Shown here in pieces: positions 1-13,283 of a stretch of 64,000 nucleotides of DNA. The stretch covers positions 33,202,804 to 33,266,803 of the forward strand of contig NC_090411.1 of assembly GCF_036365525.1 (NCBI RefSeq), read 5' to 3'. Origin of the DNA: Heterodontus francisci (lineage: Eukaryota). Under the pieces are notes generated by a model. That model had not been told where the DNA came from, ran no database searches, and worked only from the letters and a program-made list of their open reading frames with translations. Positions within the stretch are counted from its first letter, which is position 1, and each line of letters starts with the position of its first letter. The position numbers and the translations under genes were made by a program.

Positions 1-542
1 CATGGAATATTTCCTCATTGGCAGCCAATGTGGAAAATAAACAACGTTTTTCTTTTCAAAACAGGAGCAGGAAGACAGGCTGATGTTCCTCAGGTTCGGA
101 AGCACTTTTTCACACAAAAGACAGTGGAAATCTGGAAGTCTCCCCCCAAAGAGACTTTTGAGGCTTTGGGGGTGTGTGGATGGGGGGAGCGCGATTGAAA
201 GTGTCAAAACTGAATTTGGTAGATTTTTGTTCGATAAGGGTATTAAGGGTGAAGGAAGCAAGGTAGGTAGATGGAGATGAGACACAGATCAGCCATGATC
301 AAATTGAATGGAGGAACAGGTTTGAGGGGCTGAGTGGTCTCCTCCTGTCCCTAACCCCACCGCAACCACCCCCTCCACCATCAGCTCTTCATCTATGGAC
401 AATTAGTCTGCCAACAATAACCATCTTAACTCAGACATGGAGAATTCCCACTTGGGTGAGGTACCAGGTGTTAGTGGAATTAGTACCTTCAGGGTGGGGC
501 AGAAAATTGGCAGAACTAAATGAAGAGACTGTTTTATGGTAC

Positions 543-636
543 CTCTCTCCCTGTGCGATTCAGTGCACTGATCCAATCCCGATTCATTCCCTGGAGTCTC
601 GCTCTGCTGTGGATCCTGGTTTTCATCATCTTCCAT
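543..636 (-). CDS. Candidate first coding exon of a minus-strand gene that continues beyond the left edge (SCAF1/PHRF1-family by synteny inference)
   Basis: Acceptor ttctgcag|cag at about 661, in-frame upstream TGA, strong Kozak attATGG at 636. Encodes acidic MEDDENQDPQQSETPGNESGLDQCTESHRER. Putative donor GAG|GTACCA at 542 (94 coding nt). SCAF1 is head-to-head with RRAS in mammals, but no diagnostic domain is visible here. Confidence 0.4.
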
Positions 637-788
637 AATTCTGGATCAGGAGGGGAACTGCTGCAGAAATGAGATACAATTGATAAGTAAGGGGTTGTAA
701 GGATGACATGCTGTTTAAAAAGAATGCAACATAAAAGTATTATTGTGCTGCGAAAGACCAGCCTTTTGTGCAACAAAGTCTAATTGTT

Positions 789-1005
789 AATAAAAACAGA
801 AAGTGCTGGAAAAACTCAGCAGGCCTGGCAGCATCTGTGGAGAGAGAAGAGTTAACATTTCAGGTCAGTGACCTTTCATTAGGACAGCAACCTGAAACAT
901 TAACTCTGCTTCTCTCTCCACAGATACTGCCTGATCTGTTGAGTATTTCCAACACTTTGTGTTTTTATTTCGGATTTCCAGCATCTGCAGTATTTTGCTT
1001 TTATT
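789..1005. mobile_element. Penelope-like pseudo-LTR remnant arranged as an inverted repeat
   Basis: Left arm taaaaacagaaagtgctgg...gttaacatttcaggtc and right arm cctgaaacattaactc...cagtattttgcttttat are reverse complements. Same family as the 3' end of the element at 26873-28256. Confidence 0.65.
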
Positions 1006-1107
1006 GAAGTCTAATTGTTGTTAAGTAAACACAGGCTCAGATCAATCAGTTTAAGTGCTGCAGATTGGAAAATGCTGTAGCTCAGAGGCACCCAGAATTT
1101 TAAGATT

Positions 1108-1378
1108 TAGGAACATCGGAAATAGGAGTAGGCCATTTGGCTCCTTGGGCCTGCTCCGCCAACAGCTAGATGATGGCTGATCTTCTACCTCAAAGCCATT
1201 TTCCTGCACTATCCCCATATTCCTTGATGCCTTTAATATCTAGAGATCTATCCATATGTCTTGAATATACTCAATGACTGAGCCTCCACAGCCCTCTGGG
1301 GTACAGAATTCCAAGGATTCACCACCCCTTGAGTGAAGAAATTCCTCCTCATCTCAGTCCTAACCCCTTACTGAGACT
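1108..1378 (-). mobile_element. CR1 LINE 3' fragment
   Basis: Reverse complement of the CR1 ORF2 end and tail (gaatggcctactcct...). Similar copies at 3788-4062 and 10297-10585. Confidence 0.7.
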
Positions 1379-1454
1379 TTGTCACAAAATGCTTCACAGC
1401 CAATGAAGTACTTTTGAAATTTAGGAAATGGTGCCCCCATAGCATTCACTGCGC

Positions 1455-1700
1455 TCAGCCATTGGTGGCTGTGCCTTCAGCTGCCTGGGCTCTAGACTCT
1501 GGAATTCCCTCCATAAACCTCTTCACCTCTCTCTACTCTTGATGCGCTCCTTAAAACCTGTTGCTCTGACCAAGCTTTTGGCCATCTGTCCTCCTATCTC
1601 CTGCTGTGGCTCAGTGTCAAATTTTGATTAATATGCTTGCGAAGCACCTTGGGATGTTTTGCTATGTTAAATGCACTATATAAATGCAAGTTGTTGTTGC
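1455..1700 (+). mobile_element. L2-type LINE 3' end
   Basis: gccttcagctgcctggg...ctggaattccctcc...ttaaaacc...tatataaatgcaagttgttgttg. Repeated at about 15765-15980, 36840-37215, 43440-43740 and 55840-56335. Confidence 0.65.
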
Positions 1701-4065
1701 ATCTGTAAAAAAGTGAGTTATCAGATCTCCTTTGGCATTGTTCACTACTAGTCGGAGGAAACACCAAAATGTGATTTCTGAAGGATGACGTCAAATTGTG
1801 ACAGGAAGTCCAAAATTTAAAAGGAAGGTCACACTACACCCAAGATTCTAATACATCATTGATAGCTTGGAAATTACAGGGAAAAAAAAGATAATCCAGT
1901 AAACTAATCCAACGACCTAGAGTTTGGTGTACAGGACATAATTTCAAAATTTGCAGTTCATACCTTGGGAAAATAGGAAATAGGAGCCGAGGTGGGTCCT
2001 AGTTCTCTCAGACCATTCTAAATCAGGAAGAGGGCCTACATTTTTTTTAGGCCCCTCATTAATATATTCGAAGGGGCCTATCAACTGTTTCAGGTGGCTC
2101 ACATGGGCGCTTGAAAAATGGCCTGACTGAATAAGGGGTCGAGTGTATTTAAGTCGTTGACGGGGCATGGGTTACCTCCCCCCACCAATTTTCCGCCCCC
2201 AAAACAGGGGCAACAAGGTCCAATTCCTACCTCTCTGCTTTTATTTAAGAAAACATACCAAACTTAGGATGATCCCTTTGTACTCCATTGGAGAGTATCA
2301 TGCGTTCGAGAGGCAATTAGATATGGTTTGGAAGACTTAAGGTTTTGCCGGATGGGACGAGGAGCTTGATGAGATCTATGAGAAATTGTGGGCATGTTTG
2401 GAACGAAAGCTTTTTTTCAGACTCCCAATCCTTTGAACAATATGTTTTTAAAAATAGAGAAACCAACTCAACCCATTGGTTAGTTAATTAGTTAGACATG
2501 TCAGAATCTCTGCGTTAGAATTACAGGAAAAATTCCTCAGTTATTGGCGAGATGAAAACTTCAGTTCCAATGAAATAATGGGGTAAGTCTCCATATACTG
2601 AGTAAACGTGGCTTTAAGCAGAATACACAGACACTTATTGATACACAACTTTGGTACCCTACCCAATCTTCCATCCTCCTACATTCTCACTTTGTTGAAA
2701 TCAAATTTCTTCCACTGCTTTTCTGCTCTAACCCATTCTATCCTATCCCCCAAACTGTGCCACCATCCTCCAACTTCCTTTCCCTGCACAAATCTTTAAA
2801 GCCCAGGCTTGAAATCTCCCATCACTACTGGCTTCATATTCACTTTGTCTACTCTTCTACTTTCTTATAACCGTTGAAATAACTTTGATGTAGAGCAGGG
2901 GAGTTCTCCCCGGTGTCCTGGGTCAATATTTATCCCTCAACCAACATCATTAAAGACAGAAAATCTGATCATTTATCACCTTGCTGTTTATGGGGTCCTG
3001 CTGTATGCAAATTAGCTGCTGAGATTCCTATAACATTTCCAAAAAAGACTTCATTGGCTGTAAAGTGCTTTGGACCAACTGAAATGTGCTCTATAAATGC
3101 AAGTTCTGACTTTTTCCTTTTGAACTTTGGCAGCAGCCTGCACAATGGATGAAGTCTTTTCCCCAGTCTTCTAGAGAGACAGGAGGTGGTGACTTTATAT
3201 GAGGTTTACTGATGACCTTGAAACTATCCCAGGGGATTAGGACTCAGGAACCATCAGGGTAAAACTACAAATAAAAGGCCAGGGAGCTCATTGCTAGGTC
3301 AACAACACAGTTAGAAATGAAAGAATGGCATGAGAAGGAAGATACAAGTTTCACGAAGCGAAGATGTCCCACCAGTAAAGGCAACATGAGGAAAAACATT
3401 TTTAAGCAGAGAGTGGTTCGGATCTGGAATGCACGGCCTGAGAGATTCAATCGTGGCTTTGAAAAGGGAATTGGATAATTATCTGAAGAAAAAAAAGATT
3501 TGCATGTATTCGGGGAAAAGGAGGGGGAGTGGGACTAGCTGATTTGCTGTCACAGAGAACCGGCAAGGACACGATAGGCTGAATGGCCTCCTTCTGTGCT
3601 GTAACTATTCTATGATTCTATCTAGCCTGTGCCGCATCGAGTCTACACCACAGAAAAAGGCCATTCAGCATAAATGGTCCTTAGCATTGTTTATGCTCCA
3701 CTCGAGCCTCCTCCCACCCAATTTAATTTCACCCCATCAGCATATCTTTCTATTCCTTTCTCTCTCAAGCGTTTATCATGCTTAACTAGGAACATAGGAG
3801 CAGGGGAAGGCCATTCAGCCCATCGAGCCTGCTCCGCCATTCAATCAGATCATGGCTGATCATCTACCTCAATGCCACTTTCCCGCACTATCCACATATC
3901 CCTTGATATTATCCATTTATCTAGCGATTTCTGTCTTGAACATGCTCAATGATTGAGCTTCCACAGCCCTCTGGGATAGAGAATTCCACAGATTCACCAC
4001 CCTCTGAGTAAAGAAATTCCTCCTCATCTCAGCCTTAAATGGCCTGCACCTTATTCTGAGACTTG

Positions 4066-4932
4066 GAACTTGGAAACATTGTGATCTGTGAGGAGGATAG
4101 TGTAGAACTTCAAAAGGACATAAACAGGTTGGTGCAATGGTTCGACAAGTGGCAGATGAAACTTAAGGCAGAAAAGTGTAAAGTAATTAATTTTGGTAGG
4201 AAGACGAAGGGAGACAATATAAAATAAAGGGTGCAATTCTAAAGGAGCAGAGGGGCCTGGATATATACGTGCGAAAATCATTGAAGGGCAGATTGAGAGA
4301 GCAGTTAATAAAGCATACAGTATCCTGGGCTTTATTAATAGCGGCATAGAGTATAAAAGCAAGTTATAGCTGTTAAACTTGTATAGATCACTGGTGAGGC
4401 CTCAGCTGGAGTATTGTGCCCAGTTCTGGGCACCATACTTTAGGAAAGATGCGAAGGCATTGGACAGAATGCAGAAAATGTTCACGATAATCGTTCCAGG
4501 GATGAGGAACTTCAGTTATGTGGGTAGATTGGAGAAGTTGGTACTGTTTTCCTTGGAGAAGGCCGAGAGGTGATTTGATAGAGGTATTCAAAATCATGAG
4601 GGGTCGGGACAGGGTAGATAGGGAAAAACTGTTCCTATTGGTGGATGGATCGAGAACAAGAGTGCACAGAATTAAGGTAATGGGCAAAAGAAGCAATGAT
4701 GACATGAGGAAAAACCTTTTTCATGCAGTGAGTGGTTAGGATCTGGAATGCACTGCCTGAGAGATTGGTGGAGGCAGGTTCAATCGAGGCCTTCAAGAGG
4801 GAATTGGATTGTTAACTGATAAGGAAGAATGTTCAGGGCTGGGGAGTGGCACTAGGTAAATTGCTCTTTCGGAGAGCCAGCACAGAGACGACAGGCTGAA
4901 TGGCCTCCTTCTGTGCTGTCACGATTCTGTGA
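4066..4932 (+). mobile_element. 5'-truncated CR1 LINE (RT C-terminus plus tail)
   Basis: Frameshifted peptides LYRSLVRPQLEYCAQFWAP and RGDLIEVFKIMRG...RTRVH, followed by the CR1 tail gaatggcctccttctgtgctg. Confidence 0.85.
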
Positions 4933-7309
4933 ACTATTAACGATGCACTAATTTGTTTCTTGGGTCTTACTCTGAATTTGTTGCCTCAAAATGCTACCAC
5001 CCATTATTGTCACCTGTACTTCAATCAAAGGGATTCAGTACTCCAGTGTGGTACTGAGGGAGTGCTGAATTGTCAGAGGTGCCGACTTTTAGATGAGACG
5101 TTAAAGCGAGGTCCCGACGGCTCTCTCAGGTGGATGATAAAGATCTCATGGCACAGGGGAAACTCTCTCCAGTGTCCTGGACGATATTTATTCCTCAACA
5201 AACACCTAAAGCAGTTTAGTTGGTCATTTATCTCATTGCTGTGTGCAAATTGTCGTTTCCTTACATAATAACAGTGACTCAGCTTCAAAATGTATTTCAT
5301 TAGTTGTAAAGCGCTTTGGGATGTCCTGAGGTAGTGAAAGGTGCTATAGAGATGCAGGTTTTTTTTATTTCCAAGCTGCCTGAACAGAGGGGCTATCTGT
5401 GTTGCCTACTTGGTTAGGCCTGCCCTAATTGGTCTGAGATGGTTCATTTAGCTCAGTGAGAGCAACTTAAAATGAGCAAAACAAATAACTATCCTTCTAT
5501 CAATCTGATCAATGGACATTAACTTCATAAAAGCCAACATCTGCAACCTTCGTTCAGTGTCATCAACCTTTCAGACCCACAAAATGGATAAGGAAAGCCA
5601 TTTGACCAGCTAGAAAAACTTTTTCACCCGCTATCGTAGAATTCAACTGTCTCCTAAATGACTAGGATATTTACTTCCACAATATTATACTTAATGTGAA
5701 GAATTTCCTGACACCAGTCCTGAATTTACCCTTTGGCAGTTTGACCATGTGCCCCTCCCAAATTTGTCATACTTTCAAGATTTACCTCGAAAACACACTC
5801 CAGGTGGTCTTTTCTATAGCGTGTAGTAATTCAAATATCTTATACCTATACTTCATATAGCCCACATTTTTCCAGCCTTTCCTCAGAACTTAAGCCTCTG
5901 ACTTTTTCACTTGTTTTTTTCCTGTTAAAGTGTTGCACATTTGTAGGTTTGGAAAGGGATTGCTGCGTTGGTGGATTAATTGTGAATCAAAGCACCCAGA
6001 TCTATAAGCCTCTTCTCGTCATCATCTCCATCCTCTGAATGTTTTCTTTGCGTCTCAGTGACCAGAACCGGATTAAAGTACTTAAGGTGTGACCGGACCA
6101 GCGCTGTAAAAGCTGGACCAGCTAAGATGTCCCTAATAGCAGGAATTTGCTGCAAATTTCCAAATATAGTCATTTCGTATTATATTTGTTTCCCTACATG
6201 ACAACAGTGACAACACTTTAAAAAGTACTTGAGTCACTGTGAAGAGTGTGGGATGTCCTGTGGATGTGAAATGCTCTATAGAAATGCATGTCTTTCTCAC
6301 TTCATTGTAGCTTTATGGAACTCAAGTTACAATTGCACTGCATTAAAGATGAATTAAAATAACATTTACATCCCTACACCACTCACACTATAAGTTTGGA
6401 GTGTTACACCAGTAGTTACATATGATCAAGCTTTCCCATTGTGGCATTGACTACACAGCCAGATTTTCTCAGCTTCTTATACTTTCTGCACTGTTATTTC
6501 TCTCTCCCCAGTGAGCAGTGGAATGCTGTTGCTTGACGGGGGGAGGGGGTGGGGGGGGCAGGGAGGGGAGGTGGCATGTGGGGACAATTTTGAGAACTTA
6601 TGAAAGTGGAAAAATCCCTGCCCAAAGTTCTTGAATGTGCTGCAGTCTTAATGTTGCATTGTGTTACAATCTAGACAGTGCACCCCCATTTCCTATTCAA
6701 ACTCAATCCTTCCTAGGGGTTCAAACTATGGCACGCCTTACTTTTCTGGGTCTTCTCTTCCTCCCATGGTCTTTCAAGCTTTTAAAACCCAACCCTGGCG
6801 TTACTTAACCATTTCATTCCTCCTAATCTTTGCGGTAACTTGCACTATGGGACTTGGCCTTTCATAGTATTACCCCCACAACCCCACCCCCCAAAACAGG
6901 CTTCTCTTTGAAGCTAGATCACTGACCATTCACCTGATAGCCTAAGTCAAATTACTGGAGGCATCAGTAATTTCAGCCTCTCAAATATAACAAAAAGACC
7001 CAATTTTTTGGGGATAAATCAGCCTCAATCTTCAGTGATGAGGTGAAGGACTGCAGCACTCAGAATGAACTCAATACTGAGTTAACACCGTGAAATGTTA
7101 AGAGTGCAGCACATCCAACAGGGAAATTCTAAGTTCTGGCAGGGTTGTCATGTACTGTACATACCTCTCCTCTCTGGTGTTATCATACACAGCGAGTGCA
7201 TTACTGAACAGAAGCATTTCCAGAAGATATTTAGCAGGCCTAGGGCAGCATTACTAGGTATAAAATGCTAATATACTCCTCATTCAAAGTACATAGGAAT
7301 GCACTTATC

Positions 7310-7935
7310 ACAAGGGGAATTGAGTATAAAAGTGGGTAAGTTTTACTGCAGCTGTACAGGGCCTTGGTGAGACCACATCTGCAGTGCTGTGCACAGTTCT
7401 GGTCTCCTTATTTGAAAAAGGATATAATTGTATTAGAAGCAGTTCAGAGAAGGTACACTTGACTCATTCCAGGGATGAAAGCCTTATCTTATAAAGAAAG
7501 GTTGAACAGTTTGGTCCTATACGCACTGGAGTTTAGAAGAATGAGAAATGATCTTACTGAATCAGACATGATCCTGAGGGGACTTGATAGAGTAAATAGC
7601 AGGAAGGTATTTCCTCTTGTGAGAGAGACTAGAACTCGGAGACACAGTTTAATAATAAGGGGTCTCCATTTTAAGATGGAGATGAGGAATTTTTTTTCTC
7701 TGAGGGTCTTTAGTCTATGGAATTCTCTTCTCCAGAAAGTAGGTCATTGAATTTATTCAAGGCTGAGTTGGATAGATTTTTGATAGACAAGGGAGTTAAA
7801 GGTTATTGGGGGGGTGCGCAGACAGGAAGGTGAAGTTGAGACCACAACCAGATCAGCCATGATTTTATCAAATGGCGGAGCAGGCTCGAAGGGCCGAATG
7901 GCCTATTCCTGCTCCGACATCCTACATTCCTATGC
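7310..7935 (+). mobile_element. CR1 LINE 3' fragment
   Basis: Peptide LSYKERLNSLVLYALEFRRMRNDL...RTRRHSL and tail gaatggcctattcctgctcc. Confidence 0.8.
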
Positions 7936-10900
7936 CTCACACAGCAACAAGACTGCACCACTTTGAGGTTCGTCATCACAGAGTGACAAGACTACACTAC
8001 CATGGGGTCAGTCTGTCACAGTATTGTAGTGTTATCAGTCATACAGTGATGGGATAGCATCAATTAGACTCAAAGCAGTAGGCTATACCAGTCAGGGGCC
8101 TGTCAGTAACTACCTGCACAAAAATCTAGAACCTGTGAATGAAAATGAACAGTAAATGGTTACGATCCTGTGACCCAGACATCAGCGTGCTTCATGGACA
8201 GACAGGCGCTCCAGAAGAGAGTCACCCAGGCGTGGATTGATTGGATCCCTTTTCAAAGTAGAGCAATCACCACTGAGGTCCACTGATGACTAGAAAAGTA
8301 AGAGGTGAGGAACAGAGACACACAGAACAGGAAGGCCACAAGTTCAGTCTCTACTCAGTTAGCTTATTTCAGCTGGTGTTGCAATTCAAGCATTGCCAAT
8401 TCGCCTCAGTACCAACAGGGCTGGGGAACGAATAAAAGATCAGCCTGAAAGGTGCATGTGCCGAATGTCCAGTGAGGGTCGCAGCTGGCTAGGCTTTGCC
8501 GCTCCCTGTGGTCAAATAGCTGCCTAAGCTCACAGGTGGTAAATGTTCTGCTGGGGTTTCTCAGTGCTGCTGTCACTGGTGCAGTCAGCAGCCTCCAAAG
8601 GAACAGGAGAAAACAGAAGAAATAAGTTAGAAGATTTAAAAAGAAACCTCACAAATAAGTACAAATTATTTAACAGACAGACAATCACAAAACATTTATA
8701 GCACAGAAACAGGCCATTTGGCCCAACTGGGTCTATGTCAGTGTTTATGCTCCACATGAACCTCCTCCTACATTACTTTATCTCACTCTATCAGCATATC
8801 CTTCTATTCCTTTCTCCCTCATGTGTTTATCTAGCTTTCCCTTAAATGTATCTATGCCATTCACCTCAACCACTCCCTATGTTCTGCATTCTCACCACTC
8901 TCTGGATAAAGAAGTTTCTCCTGAGTTTCCTATTGGATTTATTCGTGACTATCTTGTATTTATCATCACCTAGTTTAGGTCTCCCCCATAAGTGGAAACA
9001 TCCTTGCTCAGCCAATCTCACCGCTTAAAATTAGTTACTCTCAGTGTATCAGAATCTTTACACATGGCTCCACTGCTCTGTCAAACTTCTATCAGATAGG
9101 GTAGTCTACCAGCTTTCAGCATGGTCCTGCGACTTGACTATACCCGAATAGCTCAGGCTTTTATTGTTGAGTAAAAATCCTGTGTGCTTATTGTACTCGT
9201 TCCTGAAGGCTGCCCAGTGACTTCCTCTTGGAAAAATGCACACGCATGTGGAAGTTGGGTGAGAACTGGATCGGGACATGTCTGTGATGCCGTCAGCAGT
9301 GGAATGACCTTCCAACACTCACTGTTTGGGTTCACACAGGCAAGACGGCCATTTGAATGAGGTGCTATAGAACCACCTCTAATTATAAGCCAAGACCCAG
9401 CAACAGGCCAAGTCAATTTGAAATGGTGTCAGACTGCCGCAGTCTTTAAGACGTTGGAACAATCTGCCTGGTTCGTGGTGTCAAACTTCACTTGGTTGAG
9501 GTGCAGCCACTCAATTTAGTTGTTTGTTTATTCTGTTTATTTTAAGAAAATCCAACATCCAAGGCCTGTAGTGCAGACACCAAGGTTGGGAGGAGTGGGA
9601 CAAAAGATGAGGTGAATCATGAAGAGAAGCCTGATGATTTTGGGCCAAAGGGAATACTGAGGGAGGTAAAGGACTCTAAGTTCTGAGGTCCTGGGGACGA
9701 ATGAGTTAGTCAGAGACAGGTCAATGACTGTCCATTTCAAACTCCAATCTCTGCGATGACCAGGAAGAAAGTTTCTTTATTTTATATACAAGGCGCTCTA
9801 TAAATATTCCCCAGGTTACAAGAACAGCAAACTTGATCATCCTCTTCACCAATAGTGCCTTAGGAAGGGGTCAATCTTCTCCCTTTCTCTCCTGAATGTA
9901 AATGGAGGCTATAGTTTAATAGCTGCTGTGTGCCCACTGATCATCTCACCCAGTGGTCTTTTTATTACAGCCAAAATGAGAGAGGTCCAGACTGCACCCC
10001 CACAGAGACATGCTGACCCCAAGCTCTCCAATCCAGCACTCAATGCTGAGGTAACTCCAGTCCTATTGATGCTTATATTTCTAACCCTGTTTGAATGTGT
10101 GGGGTGGGTCGACTGAATGTTTGGAAAGGGCTATTCTTAGAGTTGTTCAACGACTAGACAAATCCTAAATCAGATCAAGATCGGTTAGTACCAGCATCAT
10201 GAAATAGATGAAAATCAATGGGAAGAAGAATTTAAACTTTAATATAAAAAAAGAAAGGAAGACTTGCATTCCTCTAGCACCTTTCACAAACTCAGGACAT
10301 AGAAATATAGGAAATAGGAGGAGTAGGCCATTCAGCCCCTTGAGCCTGCTCCGCCATTTAACTAGCTCATGACTGATCATCTACCTCAACACCATTTTCC
10401 CACACTATCCTCATATCCCTTGATATCTTTAATATCTAGAAATCTATCGATCTGTCTTGTATATACTCAATGACTGAGCCTGCACAGCCCTCTGGGGTAG
10501 AGAATTCCAAAATTTACCACCCTCTGAGTGAAGAAATTCCTCCTCATTTCAGTCCTAAATGGCCTACTCCTTCTTCTGAGACTGTGTCACAAAGTGCTTT
10601 ACAACCAATGAAGTAGTTTTGAAATTTAGGAAATGACGCCCCCACAGCATGGCTTCACTGCAGCTGAGATCAACTAACTCAGCACAGACTCGGGTGGAGG
10701 GGGAAGAATCAAATTCTAGAACCTCCTGGTTAAAGCCAAAGATACTTTTTTCCTGGCTCTGCATGTTGCCAGAGTTCTGCATTGGGATATTTATTCCCAA
10801 ATCCTGGTAAAACCAGACATTCCTAGTTAGTCAGGGACACACTGGCTCTGGTTCTATGGCTGCATAGCATCTGCCACTATTTGGTGAGTTTGGCCCATTT

Positions 10901-12147
10901 TCAGATGAAATACTAGTCAGAGTGACTTAGAACTGCAGGACACTACAGATATTGAAGGTCCTCACCTTCTGCATGTCAATCAGACAAGGTAGAGGAGGCA
11001 GGTTATCTTCCCTGAACATAGGAACAGGAGGAGGCCATTTAACCCTTCAAGCCTGTTCTGCCATTCAATAAACCACAGCTGATCTATGACCCAACTCCAC
11101 ATACCCACCTTTCCCCAATATCCCTTAACACTTTTGGTTAACAATATATCAATCCCAGATTTAAAATTAACAATTGATCCAGCATCAATTTGCCATTTGT
11201 GGAAGAGAGTTCCAAACTTCTACCACCCTTTGTGTGTAGAAGTGTTTCCCAACTTCACTCCTGAAAGGTCTGGCTCCAATTTTTAAGGCAATGTCCCCGA
11301 ATCCTAGACTCCACAACCACCAGAAATAGTTTCTCGCTATTTTCCCTATCAGTTCCCCTTAATATCTTGAATATCAGAAAACAACATGGGTTTTGATGAC
11401 AATCCACCAGCTTTCATGGACATTTTTTCTCTGTACCAGCCTACAAATTACCAGCTTTATTGAATTCAGTCTCACTATTTGCCAGAGTGGGATCTGAACT
11501 CTCAACCTCTGGGTTACTAATCAAGTACCATAGCTGTTCCAGTAACGTTATGCACAGGCACACTTTCCAATCACTATTCAGTGAAGTTGACTGGAAAGTG
11601 TGTGTAAATTGGATTGGGCTGGACTTCTGATATTTATCGTGCAGCTTCACATCTGAAAAATAGCTTTTTAAGAGGAGGCAGTGGGGTGGAGACGAGGACC
11701 TGGGAGAGAGAGAAAGAACAACCCCACTGCTCCCTCAGTAAACAGCGCAAACTCCTGTCAGTGAGCACAGCAACGTAACCAGTGGACAGGGGAATGGAAA
11801 GACAGCAGAGCAAGAGGGGAGCCTGTGTGATTATAAACGGATTTCTATGAACAGGAGAAAAGTTTAAAATCACCCAAACGTGCCTGCTAGAGTCAAAGAC
11901 CTGGAGTAGTAAAGAATCTGTGATAGTTGCCTCTTTCTTTCAATCACTTACTCTTTAAAGACAACACTTCTGGAAGTCCAATTCACTGGCCAGTCGTCTC
12001 CAGAACCTGGGTTCTAATTTAGCCCAGACTAATACCTTGAAAATATGATGCCTGTAAAATTCCTTAATGAAATGAGTTTTGGGCAGTCTCAATTCAGTCC
12101 CTAGCTGATACAGCACCAGAGTATAGCTGCTACAAGAAATATTCAAG

Positions 12148-12362
12148 CCAAAAGACTTGCAGGTTGATAGGTAAATTGGCCATTAGAAATTGCCCCTAGT
12201 ATAGGTAGATGGTAGGGAAATATATAGGGACAGTTGGGGATGTGACAGGAATATGGGATTAGTGTAGGATCTGTATAAAATGGGTGGTTAATGGTCGGCA
12301 CAGACTCGGTGGGCCGAAGGGCCTGTTTCAGTGCTGTATCTCTAAACTAAACTAAACTAAAC
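12148..12362 (+). mobile_element. V-SINE (HE1-like), 3' half
   Basis: ccaaaagacttgcaggttgatagg...gggccgaagggcctgtttcagtgctgtatctc(taaac)n, matching the 3' halves of the full copies in the window. Confidence 0.8.
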
Positions 12363-13283
12363 TATTGCACAGTAAAGACTATTCCTTCAGTTTTAGGCTG
12401 AGGCACTTGGTTGGGCCAAAGACGATTTATTCTGCTTCTAACTCTGCAGGGCATGCTTAATGCCAACACTGGGCGCCTGAAATAGAAAAATGCTCTTTTT
12501 CCCCAGCCTCTGTCATCAGTCTTCTCAACCAGAGGAAAATGTACAAAAAAAATTGCAAATGGAAAAAGAACAGAACTACACTTTAGATACATCGCTAATA
12601 GCAGTGATCCATTCTTCCAGAAGCATTTCAAATGAGACACAAAGCTCCTGTAAGTGCAATCAAGCCATCCACATACATTCTTTAATATTTTTGACACATT
12701 TATGATCTAGGATATTTAATAATTTACAATTTTCAAAAAAAAAAAGCAAAAATGAAAAACCTTTCTTTTAAAAGAAGCATATATTCTGGAATTAAGTTTC
12801 ACTCAAAAAAAGGTTACGTTGCCAACTCTCCCGAGACAGTTGCAGATACAGGCACGGTGGGTGGAAGGGGCGGCACGCTCAAATCATCCCGCTCACCGCG
12901 AAACAGTGAGACGGTACCACAAACCTCTGAGTGATACGGTGTGAGCAGCGCCTTACAGTGCCTGTTAAGAGGGGTGGGGGAGGAGGGGTCTATGCCCAAT
13001 CTTCCAAAGTTGGGTCTTGATCATTGTGGTTTGCAAATCATCCAGGGAAAGGAAAGAGGGGGAAGAAATTAGCAGCAGCACCAGCTCTAATGGGCTAAAA
13101 TGTCCTCAGTTACTGTGGATTGCAATAGCCTGGCTCTCCTACCTGGAGATCCCCAATGATGTCCTGGTGCTTTGCTCCCACTGTGATTAATATATTCCCA
13201 ATCCATTACAGTCAAAACCCCAAATCCCTAAAAAGAAACCCCACTATTCCCATTAATTTTTGCACAGATGGGTTTATTATTAC

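Noticed and set aside
6538-6575. G-run cluster with G-quadruplex potential
   Set aside because: Simple low-complexity tract; similar G-runs occur at many places in the window.
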